From: an uncultured Acidobacteriota bacterium
GTDB lineage: Bacteria; Acidobacteriota; Thermoanaerobaculia; Gp7-AA8
DNA length: 64,000 nt
Direction of reading: 5' to 3'
NCBI GenBank assembly: GCA_963741955.1
Contig: CAVUKB010000007.1
Location: 800,001-864,000, forward strand
Under the pieces are notes generated by a model that saw only the letters and a list, made by a program, of their open reading frames with translations, was not told the DNA's origin and searched no databases. Positions 18,914 through 28,404 of this stretch are shown in pieces. The position numbers and the translations under genes are program-made. Numbering within the stretch: position 1 is the stretch's first letter; every line of letters starts with the position of its first letter.

Positions 18914-21058
18914 ATGTCATCAGTCACTCGCGGCCTCGTAGTGATTGCGGCGACGGCGGCACTGAGTTTCGCCGCGGTTGCCCATGCTACGAATACTTCT
19001 TCCTCGCATCGGCGGGGCACTGCCGTTTCGGCAGCGACTGCTCCGACCGCTCCGAGCCTGGTCAATTTCACCTCGGCCCAGCTCGAGTACTACCTCGGCG
19101 ACGACGGTATCGCCTACGTCCGTCCGGGTCTCAAGATCAAGGTGAACTCGGTCACCGTCGGCTCCGATCGGAAGCCGGTGGTCGACTTGAACATCACCGA
19201 CAACTTCGATCAGCCGCTCGACCGTCAGGGCAAGGTGACGCCGGGTCCGGTCTCGATCAGCTTCATCGGCGCCACGTGGGATCCGGCGGCACGGCACTAC
19301 ACCGCCTACACCACCCGGAAGGCGACCAGCGATCCGAGCAGCCCGAACCCGGGCGTGACGGTCGACCAGGCGGGGACCGACTCCGGTGGAACGTGGACCG
19401 ACCTCGAGATGGGGCACGCCACGTACAAGTTCAAGACGGCGATCCCGGCAGGCGTCGATCCGTCGACCACCCAGACCATCGGTCTCTACGCGACCCGTAA
19501 CCTCACCGACATCGTCGGGAAGAACTACTACTCGAACGTCGAGTACGACTTCCGCGGCGATGGAGCGAAGGTCACCGAGACGTGGGACAAGATCAACACT
19601 GCGACCGCGTGCAACGCCTGCCATGACCCGCTCGCGATGCACGGCGGATCGCGCCAGGACGTCAAGCTCTGCGCGATGTGCCACAACCCGCAGACCATCG
19701 ATCCGGATACCGGCAACACGGTCGATCTCAAGGTGATGATCCACAAGATCCACCGCGGTGAGAACCTTCCGAGCGTCCAGGCCGGACAGCCGTACGAGAT
19801 CATCGGTCACAACAACAGCGTGAACGACTACTCGGAAGTCGCGTTCCCCCAGGACATCCGGAACTGCGCCAACTGCCACTCCGGACGCGACCCGAAGGCC
19901 GTGCCTTCGCAGGCGAACGTCTGGTACACCGACCCGAGCCGCGCAGCGTGCGGCTCCTGCCACGACAACATCAACTGGGAGACCGGTGCGAATCACGCCG
20001 GCGGATCCCAGGCGAATGACGCGGCCTGCGCGCAATGCCACGTTCCCGACAGCGGCGCTGAGTTCGACGCGTCGATCAAGGCGGCTCACACCGTTCCCGA
20101 GAAGTCGAAGCAACTCGCCGGGATCAATGCCCAGGTCGTCAGCTTCAGCAACATGACGCCTGGATCCAAGCCGACCGTCGTATTCAAGATCACCAACGAC
20201 GACGGTAGCGCGGTCGACGCCACCAAGCTCGACACGTTCGCGCCGATGATCGGCGGCCCGACCAGCAGTTATACCTACAACGATCGTGAAGACGCGCGGA
20301 AGACGGGAACCTTCGACTCCGCGACCGGCAACACCACCTACACGTTCTCCAAGGCGATTCCCGCGGATGCCAGCGGAACCTGGGTGATCACCGCCGACAC
20401 GTACCGCTTCGTGAACCTCAAGCGCGCCGATGGCAAAGACGACATTCAGGTTCGCGAATGCGCGATGAACCCGATCCAGTATGTCGCGCTGACCGGCACG
20501 CTGACCCCTCGCCGGAAGATCGTCGACATCAACAACTGCAACAGCTGCCACGACCGTCTGGCTCTCCACGGCGGACAGCGGCTCACCACTGAAGAGTGCG
20601 TGATCTGCCACAACCCGACCGCGGACGATTCCTCGCAGCGCCCGGCCGATGCCGGCGCTCCGGAGTCGATCTCGTTCCAGCGGATGATTCACCGGATCCA
20701 TTCCGGCGAGAATCTGACGCAGAACTTCACGGTCTACGGCTACCACGGCAGCGTGAACAACTACAACGGAGTTCTTTTCCCCGGCGACCGCAAGGATTGC
20801 GCGAAGTGCCACGTGAGTGGATCGCAGAACATTCCGGTCGCAACCGGTGCCGATCCGGTGACGACGCTGCGCGACTACTTCTCACCGCAGGGTCCGGCAA
20901 CCGCGGCATGCCTCGGCTGCCACGACAACCGGGACGCCGCGGCGCATGCATATCTCATGACTGCACAGTTCCCCGGCTCCGACACTCCCGCAGAAGCTTG
21001 CGCGACGTGCCACAGCTCTGGTAAAGACTGGGCCGTCGATAAAGTGCACGCCCGGTAA
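18914..21058 (+). CDS. mtrC: OmcA/MtrC-family decaheme c-type cytochrome
   Basis: Ten CxxCH motifs in two 5-heme domains (CNACH, CAMCH, CANCH, CGSCH, CAQCH; CNSCH, CVICH, CAKCH, CLGCH, CATCH), HGG and MIHKIH/MIHRIH motifs, and intervening beta-rich domains. Confidence 0.9.
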   Translation: MSSVTRGLVVIAATAALSFAAVAHATNTSSSHRRGTAVSAATAPTAPSLVNFTSAQLEYYLGDDGIAYVRPGLKIKVNSVTVGSDRKPVVDLNITDNFDQPLDRQGKVTPGPVSISFIGATWDPAARHYTAYTTRKATSDPSSPNPGVTVDQAGTDSGGTWTDLEMGHATYKFKTAIPAGVDPSTTQTIGLYATRNLTDIVGKNYYSNVEYDFRGDGAKVTETWDKINTATACNACHDPLAMHGGSRQDVKLCAMCHNPQTIDPDTGNTVDLKVMIHKIHRGENLPSVQAGQPYEIIGHNNSVNDYSEVAFPQDIRNCANCHSGRDPKAVPSQANVWYTDPSRAACGSCHDNINWETGANHAGGSQANDAACAQCHVPDSGAEFDASIKAAHTVPEKSKQLAGINAQVVSFSNMTPGSKPTVVFKITNDDGSAVDATKLDTFAPMIGGPTSSYTYNDREDARKTGTFDSATGNTTYTFSKAIPADASGTWVITADTYRFVNLKRADGKDDIQVRECAMNPIQYVALTGTLTPRRKIVDINNCNSCHDRLALHGGQRLTTEECVICHNPTADDSSQRPADAGAPESISFQRMIHRIHSGENLTQNFTVYGYHGSVNNYNGVLFPGDRKDCAKCHVSGSQNIPVATGADPVTTLRDYFSPQGPATAACLGCHDNRDAAAHAYLMTAQFPGSDTPAEACATCHSSGKDWAVDKVHAR

Positions 21059-21070
21059 TCGAGTTTCGAT

Positions 21071-21098
21071 CCGAAGGGGACCGCAAGGTCCCCTTCGG
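21071..21098 (+). other. Strong intercistronic stem-loop between mtrC and mtrA
   Basis: CCGAAGGGGACC-GCAA-GGTCCCCTTCGG, a perfect 12-bp stem with a GNRA loop and no immediate U-tract. Confidence 0.75.
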
Positions 21099-21132
21099 TC
21101 TCGAATCTCCGAATTTTGCGGAAAGGATAGTC

Positions 21133-22110
21133 ATGTCGATCCGAAACATTGCACTGGGGGGACTGGCTTTCCTCCTCGTCATCGGTCTGTCGCCCGGCCA
21201 CGGGACTGCCCTCGCGCAGACTCCGGAACAGACGCCTTCCGTGCAGCAGACCACCACTGCGCAGGAGACGCCCCCGGCACAGACGACCACCGAAGCACAG
21301 ACGGAGCAGGCCGAAACCATGTCCTGCTCCGACTGCCACGATCAACCGGCGACCTTCGCCACGAATCCTCACGGCGCGGGCAAGGCCGTCAACGGCACGG
21401 TTCCGAACGCGGTCTGCGAATCGTGTCACGGAAACGGCCAGGCTCACATGGAAGCGGGCGGAGACACCTCTCTGATCGTCAAGCCGGTGGGCCAGACCGG
21501 CGCGAACATCTGCCTCGAGTGCCACGACACGGTGACGAACGCCAAGGCGAGAAAAGACAGCGTCCACGCCAACTCGGCGACCGTGAACTGCCTCACCTGT
21601 CACTCCATCCATCACTCCCCGGTGAGCGTGCCTCACCTCCTGGTGAAAAAGCAGCTCGATCTCTGCAGCTCGTGCCATCAGACGCAGGCCGCGGGATTCC
21701 GGAACAAGCCGTACTCGCACCACATCGGACGTGGCGGGCTGGAGTGCTCGTCCTGCCACGAGCCGCATGCGCCGGCCCTGAAGAAGAATCTGAGGCTGAC
21801 GCGTGCCGGTGAGACGCCGTGCCTCGAGTGCCACAGCGAGAAGCGGGGTCCGTACGTCTTCCCGCACGATGCGGTCGCGCTCGGCGAGTGCACGACCTGC
21901 CATGAGCTTCACGGCTCCAACAACCCGAGGCAGCTCAAGAGGACGAACGTCTTCCAGCTCTGCCTCGAATGCCATTCGCCCATCACGACGGACACGCTCG
22001 GTTCGCAGCCCCCGTCATTCCACAACATTTCCAGCCCGCGGTATCAGAACTGTACGACCTGCCATGTGGCGATCCACGGCTCGAACCGCTCACCGCAACT
22101 GCTGAAGTAG
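21133..22110 (+). CDS. mtrA: MtrA/DmsE-family periplasmic decaheme cytochrome
   Basis: Sec signal, ten CxxCH motifs, KRGPYVFPH and C-terminal CTTCHVAIHGSN. Confidence 0.93.
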   Translation: MSIRNIALGGLAFLLVIGLSPGHGTALAQTPEQTPSVQQTTTAQETPPAQTTTEAQTEQAETMSCSDCHDQPATFATNPHGAGKAVNGTVPNAVCESCHGNGQAHMEAGGDTSLIVKPVGQTGANICLECHDTVTNAKARKDSVHANSATVNCLTCHSIHHSPVSVPHLLVKKQLDLCSSCHQTQAAGFRNKPYSHHIGRGGLECSSCHEPHAPALKKNLRLTRAGETPCLECHSEKRGPYVFPHDAVALGECTTCHELHGSNNPRQLKRTNVFQLCLECHSPITTDTLGSQPPSFHNISSPRYQNCTTCHVAIHGSNRSPQLLK

Positions 22111-22124
22111 AGAAGGAGAAGGCG

Positions 22125-24074
22125 ATGAAAAAGACCAGAATCTTCGCGGCCTGCCTCGTCTCCCTGCTTCTCACGGCAGGGGCGGCACTGCAGGCTCAGA
22201 CCGTACCTTTCGATCTCGAGCTCGGCTGGCAATGGGTCAACGTCGACGGCAACGAAGACGTCTACAAGACTCAGATGAACGAGCAGCAGGGATTCCTCCT
22301 CCGCTCGTTCACCATGCTCACGTCCAACTTCAACGGGAAGACCGATCTCGTCGACCGCTTCCGGATCGACGCCACGGACCTCGGCAACGCCAGCCCCGCC
22401 GGCTCGCTGCGACTCGAGGCGAGTCGAGACGATTCCTATCGATTCACCCTCGGATACCGGACCATGGACAGCTTCAGTGCCCTTCCGGGATTCGCCAATC
22501 CGCTGCTCTCTCAGGGGATCGTCCCCGGGCAGCACACCTGGGATCAGACCCGCAACATGCTGGATGCCGATCTCGAGTTTCTCCCTGGACATCGGTTCGT
22601 TCCGTTCGTCGGCATTTCGTGGAACCGCCTCAATGGTCCCGGAACCACGACGTACAACCTCGGCGGAGACGAGTTCAAGCTGGACTCCGACCTGACCGAT
22701 ACCGACACTGAATACCGTGCCGGCGTGGCGTTCAACCTGGGCAACGTCTACGGACAGGTGACCCAGGGTTGGCGCGACTACAAAGGAACTGAACACCTGA
22801 CCCTTTCGAGCGGCGCGGGGAGTGGCAACAACCCCGGCTCGGTGCTCGGCCAGCCGGTGACGGCGGATACCATCACCCGGAACAGCAAGACCGACGTCAC
22901 CACACCGTTCACCAACATCTACGTAACCGGTCAGGCTTCCGATCGGGTGAAGCTCACCGGAACGTACGTTCGCTTCGCGGCGGATCTCGACGGCAACGAG
23001 AGCGAGGATTCCGCCGGTTCGTTCGTTTCCTTCCCGATCTCCCGCTTTTTCTCCGGGCTGACCGAAGACGTCAGCTCGAAGGCGAAGAACACCACCTGGC
23101 GTGGTGGGGCGCGGGCCGAGGTGACGGTGAGTCAGGGAGTCGACGTGATCGCCGGCTACCGGAAAGAACATCGGGAGCTGGAGGGGAGTGCGCTGTTCAA
23201 CTCGCTCTTTCTCGATGCCATCACCTTCGGTGGCGTGAGTGTCGGCGACCTCCGAACCACACTCGCCACCGACAACTCGCTCACCCGCGATGAAGACGTA
23301 TGGGATCTCGGACTGGTCGCGCATCCGGTCGGAGCATTCTCCGTCCGGGCCGGGTACTCGCAGACATCGCAGGATGCGACCGTCAGCCCCGATCTCGAGG
23401 AGATCGTGGTTCCGGGAAATCAGAGCGGCGACTTCAGCCGCACGATCAAGAGCTTCAACGCCGGCGCGACGTACACCATGTCCGGCGCGACGGTCACCGC
23501 GCAGTGGAAGCGCGACACCGCGGACGATCCGATCGTCCGGACGGACTTCCTCGATCGCAATCGCTATCGCGTGCGCGCGGCATGGAAGACTCCGGGCAAC
23601 ATGTTCCGGTTCGGCGTGACCGGCGACAAGACCGATCAATCCAACGATCGGACCGGAATCGGATACGACGCGACGGTCAAGCAGTACTCGGCCGACGCGG
23701 AGGTCGTTCCGGTTGCGCCGCTGTCGATTCACGCTTCGTACTCGAAGTTCGATTCCGACAGCTCCATCGTCTATCGCATTCCGCAGAACTTCGATCTCGG
23801 CACCTCGGTGCAGACCGAAGACGGGAAATCGGTCGAAGGCGGTCTCACGCTCTCGATCAAGAAGGTGATGCTCGACGCGGCAGCCGGAAAGTTCGACAAC
23901 GACGGAACCAATCCGTTGAAACTCGATCGCTATCGCGCACGAGTCACGTTCGACTTCATCGCGAAAGCCGGTATCGCTGCGGAGTGGTCGCGCGACAAGT
24001 ACAGAGAGACCAACGACGCTCTTGCCAACTACGAAGCAGACCGCTACGGCCTGTTCCTCCGCTGGCATCCCTGA
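22125..24074 (+). CDS. mtrB: MtrB/PioB-like outer-membrane beta-barrel
   Basis: Sec signal, ~650 aa of amphipathic beta strands, C-terminal YGLFLRWHP, and position directly after mtrA. Confidence 0.75.
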   Translation: MKKTRIFAACLVSLLLTAGAALQAQTVPFDLELGWQWVNVDGNEDVYKTQMNEQQGFLLRSFTMLTSNFNGKTDLVDRFRIDATDLGNASPAGSLRLEASRDDSYRFTLGYRTMDSFSALPGFANPLLSQGIVPGQHTWDQTRNMLDADLEFLPGHRFVPFVGISWNRLNGPGTTTYNLGGDEFKLDSDLTDTDTEYRAGVAFNLGNVYGQVTQGWRDYKGTEHLTLSSGAGSGNNPGSVLGQPVTADTITRNSKTDVTTPFTNIYVTGQASDRVKLTGTYVRFAADLDGNESEDSAGSFVSFPISRFFSGLTEDVSSKAKNTTWRGGARAEVTVSQGVDVIAGYRKEHRELEGSALFNSLFLDAITFGGVSVGDLRTTLATDNSLTRDEDVWDLGLVAHPVGAFSVRAGYSQTSQDATVSPDLEEIVVPGNQSGDFSRTIKSFNAGATYTMSGATVTAQWKRDTADDPIVRTDFLDRNRYRVRAAWKTPGNMFRFGVTGDKTDQSNDRTGIGYDATVKQYSADAEVVPVAPLSIHASYSKFDSDSSIVYRIPQNFDLGTSVQTEDGKSVEGGLTLSIKKVMLDAAAGKFDNDGTNPLKLDRYRARVTFDFIAKAGIAAEWSRDKYRETNDALANYEADRYGLFLRWHP

Positions 24075-24100
24075 GCGTCAGTTCGATTGCTGCAAGCACG

Positions 24101-24132
24101 AAGCGCCCGGCATCCGCCGGGCGCTTTCTTTT
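24101..24132 (+). terminator. Rho-independent terminator of the mtr operon
   Basis: AAGCGCCCGG-CATCCG-CCGGGCGCTT followed by TCTTTT. Confidence 0.8.
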
Positions 24133-24179
24133 CCGCAGGCGGGGCGAATCGATGACCGGACCTATTCAGGGCCGGCTGG

Positions 24180-24790
24180 TCATCGTTCGGGTTGAGCGAC
24201 CTTTTCCCGTCGAGCGAAGCTCTTGACCAGAAGATCGGTCGAGAAGTCGAAAGCCGTTCCCGCGAGGGGAATGAAGATGACCCAGAGGATCCATCGCGCG
24301 CCGTCGCCGCTCGCGCGAGCGGAATCAGAAGCATTCCGACGACGAACGCTCCGGCACGCAGGACGAACTCTCGTTTCGGCCTCCCATCCCAATCACGGCC
24401 TGACGAAACGTCGTCGGGTCGAGGCGGCGCAACTCTCGCCATCGCACTCCGGGCCGCGCCTCGCCAGACGATCCGGACCAGATTTGCCGCGATCAGGAGA
24501 ACTTCGGCCTGCCGTCGGAACAAGTCCCATTTCGTCGGCAGTTCACCGTAGTAGGTGCGCTGTATTTCTGCGAACCATCCAAGGAAGGCCCCGCTCATCG
24601 ACGGGAGCGAATCCATCAGGATGACGAGCGACAGAAGTGACCCGGCGACAGCGGCGGTTCCCAGCGTCTCTCTCTGCTGTCCTCTACCGAGCCCCGCGGA
24701 TGGCAGACTCCGCCAGAGGCGAGTCCACTCGAGGGTCGCGATCGACGCGACCACGAGCAGCAGCACGAGCTTAGACGTCCCGAGACTCAC
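24180..24790 (-). pseudogene. Hypothetical membrane protein with apparent one-base deletion near 24312-24318
   Basis: Hydrophobic helices run to ...GMLLIPLA and continue in another frame as SGDGARWILWVIFIPLAGTAFDF..., stopping at 24180. The unshifted frame runs through the mtr terminator. Confidence 0.5.
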
Positions 24791-24814
24791 CCCGATATCG
24801 TAACTCTGCGCGTC

Positions 24815-25198
24815 CTACTCGCCGAACTGCGCGAATCCGACCAGGTGGCCGCCCGGTTCCCGGACGAAGAACTCGGTCGAACCGTATTCCGTCTTCCGGA
24901 TCGGAACGACGACCGGGGATGCGCTCAGGCGCTCGGCGAACGCGCGGACGTCGTCCACTTCGAGGAACAACGCGACGCTTCCCGGCTCGCGCGAGCCGAG
25001 CACCTGCGGGGCATCGTCATGAACACTTGCGAACGTCTGCAGCATCACTTCGGCCGCTCCGTTGCTCAGGATGACGAATCCGAGGCGGTCGCCGTGCGGG
25101 GCCCTGGTCGTCGCCTCGAATCCGGCCGCCTCCCAGAAAGGAAGCGACGGCTCGATGGCTTCGACGAGAAGGTTGGGAGTGAGCTTCGTGACTTTCAT
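24815..25198 (-). CDS. VOC/glyoxalase family protein
   Basis: LTPNLLV..., TEYGSTEFFVREPGGHLVGF; RBS AGGAGG. Confidence 0.88.
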   Translation of the reverse strand: MKVTKLTPNLLVEAIEPSLPFWEAAGFEATTRAPHGDRLGFVILSNGAAEVMLQTFASVHDDAPQVLGSREPGSVALFLEVDDVRAFAERLSASPVVVPIRKTEYGSTEFFVREPGGHLVGFAQFGE

Positions 25199-25292
25199 GG
25201 TTCGATTCCTCCTTTTTGAGATGCCCCATGGTAGGAGGCGGCACGGGCACCGTCTTGTAAAAAGGGAACCAAGGTGACGTTTGCGCCGGATC

Positions 25293-26021
25293 TCATCGCT
25301 GGCGGAAGGCTGCAGGCGGACTGCCGGCAAGCTCGCGAAAATCGCGGTTCATGTGCGCTTGATCGGACCAGCCGAGCGACAGGGCGATTCCTGCGAGGCC
25401 GGCGTGGCGGTCTTTCGCGATCAGCCGAACAGCCTTCCTGAACCGAAGGATCCGGCCGAGCCGCTTCGGGCCGATTCCCACGCGATCGACGAACAGTCGG
25501 CTCAGATGCTGCCGCGTGACGCCGAGCTCGGCGGCGATTCGTTCGACCGCGATTCCGCGACGGAGGAGCGCGACCGCATTCGTGGCGAGGTCTGTCGAGG
25601 GAGACGGTTCGATGATGCGCGATCTCAGTATCGCGGCGAGCTGCCGGAGACGGTCTCCTGGATCGGCTGCCGCGAAACTCCCCTCGGGTCTTCTCGCTTC
25701 GTTGCCCCAGATCTCGTGAAGCGGCACGCGGCGGTCGGTGAGCCGCCTCGCCGGGATGCGAAGAAACGACGCCGCCCCGCCCGGACGGAACCGCACCGCG
25801 AGAAGATCAGCGGCCCGGTTCTCGAACCTCAGCGGAGCGGTCATCGTCCCGACGACCACGCCGGCGGGGAAAGTCTCGCCCGAGAGATCGAAAATGATAT
25901 CGGTGCAGCCGTCCGGAAGCACGCGATCGCTTCGGCCCGCCGCCGCTTCGGAGCGCCGTGTCCAGAAGCACTCGACATACGGAGCGAGGTCGGGAGGAGG
26001 AGCGAATTCCCGGTAGCTCAT
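25293..26021 (-). CDS. AraC family regulator with DUF6597-type N-terminus
   Basis: YREFAPPPDLAPYVECFW, VLPDGCTDII, and HTH end GWSDQAHMNRDFRELAG. Confidence 0.9.
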   Translation of the reverse strand: MSYREFAPPPDLAPYVECFWTRRSEAAAGRSDRVLPDGCTDIIFDLSGETFPAGVVVGTMTAPLRFENRAADLLAVRFRPGGAASFLRIPARRLTDRRVPLHEIWGNEARRPEGSFAAADPGDRLRQLAAILRSRIIEPSPSTDLATNAVALLRRGIAVERIAAELGVTRQHLSRLFVDRVGIGPKRLGRILRFRKAVRLIAKDRHAGLAGIALSLGWSDQAHMNRDFRELAGSPPAAFRQR

Positions 26022-26099
26022 CTTTGGAGCATCGCACTGTGCGCATCGAGGATCAAGCGAACGCCGCGGAAACGAACCCCGTCCCTCACGGGACGCTGC

Positions 26100-26697
26100 T
26101 CATTGTCCCTTCTTGTCCTGGATCAGCCAGACTTTCCACTTGCCGTTCGACGGTTGAAGGATCGCGGTTCCTTCCCGTGGCGTGGTGTAGCGATCGTGGA
26201 GGAAGCCGCTCTTGAAGGACGCGCCGACGGCATTCGGATTCCAGTGCCACTTGAAATCGACCGCGACGTTCCCATCTTCGGCCGGGCGGACCGTCTCCAC
26301 GCCGTCGAATTCCTTCACCGCCATCGGTACCATCTCGACCACGCCGCTCGGACGGGCGATGAAATGTCGGTCGTTGAGCGCTCGAGTGGTCAGGGCGATC
26401 CGTTGCGTGCTCTCGAGAACGATCCACCCGGCTGCCTGAAGGTCCTTCGCCATCTGCAGCGTGATCGGGTTCTCGATCGGGCGGTCCATCGGGAGGGTCC
26501 AGGCGGCCTCGGAGAAGTCGTAGTCGGACCACTCCGGCGCGGCCAGAATCACCTCTTTCGCGTTTTCCGCAGAGGGAAGGGAAAGCTTCGGCGCGGCTGT
26601 GGTCGTCTCTCCGGACGTCGAAGCGGCCTGCCGTTCGCCGCCGCCGCAGGCGAGCGCGAACGCGGGGAGCAGAAGAAGCAGAAACGAGTCGTCTCAT
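26100..26697 (-). pseudogene. Hypothetical lipoprotein with an apparent one-base frameshift after codon 4
   Basis: ATG AGA CGA CTC G|TTT CTG CTT CTT CTG...: shifting one base gives MRRL-FLLLLLPAFALAC (lipobox), continuing in frame into ORF 26100-26552. Span is 598 nt (3n+1). Confidence 0.65.
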
Positions 26698-26777
26698 GGA
26701 GTGAACGATAATCAGCCCCCGGGCGCGGCGCAACTGTTTGCCACACCCGGGGGCTCAGCCCGGACTTTTCACTCCGA

Positions 26778-28088
26778 TCAGGCGTGCGCCACTGCGAGAT
26801 CGAAGCGACGGATGTCGCTGATCTCCTTCCGGAGCTCCTCGCGGAAATCGGGGTGCGCGATGGAGATGAGCGCGTCGGCTCTCTGCCTGAGCGACAGGCC
26901 CCAGAGGTCGACTGCCCCGAATTCCGTGACGATCCAGTGCACGTGGCCACGGGTGGTCACCACGCCGGATCCCGCCTTGAGATTCACCACGATCTTCGAG
27001 AGCGTCCCGTTCTTCGCAGTGGAAGGGAGGGCGATCACCGGCACGCCTCCCGGCGAGAGTGCCGCACCGCGCATGAAGTCCATCTGTCCGCCGATTCCGG
27101 AGTAGATCCGATGTCCGATCGAGTCGGCGACCACCTGACCGGTGAGATCGACTTCGATCGCCGAATTGATGGCAACCACGTTCTCGTTCTTGCGGATCAC
27201 CGAGGTGTCGTTGGTGTGGTCGCAGGGATAGAACTCGACGTAAGGGTTGTCGTCGACGAAGTCGAACAGACGCCGCGAGCCGACCACGAAACTGGTGGTG
27301 ATGCGACCGTTGTGGACTCTCTTCCGCCGGTTGGTGATCACGCCTGCGTGCACCAGATCGATCACGCCGTCGGAGAACATCTCGGTGTGGATTCCGAGGT
27401 CGTGCTTGTCGAACAGGCGCGCGAGGACGGCGTTCGGAATCGCGCCGATGCCCATCTGAAGGGTGCCGCCGTCGGGGACGAGCTTTGCGATGTGGTCGCC
27501 GATCGCAGCCTCGACCGGCGACGGCTCCGCCAGCTCGTGCGACGGAAGCTCGCGGTCGGTGATCACGAACGCATCGATGCGGCTGATCGGGACGAGCGAG
27601 TTGCCGTGGGTGCGAGGCATCTGTTCGTTGATCTCGGCGATCACCACGCGTGCGGACTTCGTTGCCGCCAGAGCGCAGTCGACCGAGGTCCCGAGCGTGC
27701 AGTATCCGTGATGATCGGGCGGAGAGACCTGCACGATGGCGACGTCGAGCGGAACCTTCCCGGTCAGGAAGAGCGACGGAATGTCGGAGAGGAAGATCGG
27801 CGTGAAATCGGCTCGTCCTTCTTCGATCGGCTTCCGCAGCGCGGGTCCGGTGAAGAGGGAGTTGGAGCGGAACCGGCCGGCATGACTGCGGTCGGCGAAC
27901 GGGACCTCTCCCTCGAGGTGAATGTGGTAAACGTGAACGTCCTCGAGATCGGTTCTCTCGGCCAGTGCGTTCAGAAGTGGAGTAGGCGTTGCGGCTTCTC
28001 CGTGGATGAATACGTTGGTTCTGCTCTTGATGAGAGCCACCGCGTCTTCGGCACTTCCGGCGCGTGCTCTCCAGTCGTCGTACGTCAT
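26778..28088 (-). CDS. Acetyl-CoA hydrolase/transferase family (4-hydroxybutyrate CoA-transferase-like)
   Basis: LQMGIGAIPNAV, LGIHTEMFSDG, INSAIEVDLTGQV, SGIGGQMDF and IAHPDFR. Confidence 0.93.
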   Translation of the reverse strand: MTYDDWRARAGSAEDAVALIKSRTNVFIHGEAATPTPLLNALAERTDLEDVHVYHIHLEGEVPFADRSHAGRFRSNSLFTGPALRKPIEEGRADFTPIFLSDIPSLFLTGKVPLDVAIVQVSPPDHHGYCTLGTSVDCALAATKSARVVIAEINEQMPRTHGNSLVPISRIDAFVITDRELPSHELAEPSPVEAAIGDHIAKLVPDGGTLQMGIGAIPNAVLARLFDKHDLGIHTEMFSDGVIDLVHAGVITNRRKRVHNGRITTSFVVGSRRLFDFVDDNPYVEFYPCDHTNDTSVIRKNENVVAINSAIEVDLTGQVVADSIGHRIYSGIGGQMDFMRGAALSPGGVPVIALPSTAKNGTLSKIVVNLKAGSGVVTTRGHVHWIVTEFGAVDLWGLSLRQRADALISIAHPDFREELRKEISDIRRFDLAVAHA

Positions 28089-28355
28089 TTCTTACCTCCC
28101 GCCCATGGGCGATGTCCGAAACTATTGCGGAACGCGTTCCGAGAGCGATGACCGCCGTCACAGGGCTCTGGTGCGCCGAACGGAAATTTCCTCGGTCGGT
28201 CCGTCCAACCTCGGGAGCAGGCCGTCTCGCGGCATTCCAACCTCTGAAACTTATGGCCGAACGAGGGGAATGGAGGCAACGAAACGGAATCGGCACCATG
28301 AACATTCGGAAATGGATTCAATTGCATCAGCTCCCGCCCCTATCGAAAGTCAGTA

Positions 28356-28383
28356 TTGGAGGCAGCAGTTTCGTCTGTATAAT
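28356..28383 (+). promoter_or_regulatory. Putative sigma70 promoter of the adhesin-like cluster
   Basis: TTGGAG-16 nt-TATAAT, 21 nt before ATG 28405. Confidence 0.5.
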
Positions 28384-28404
28384 CCCGAGCCGAGGCGACC
28401 CGTC

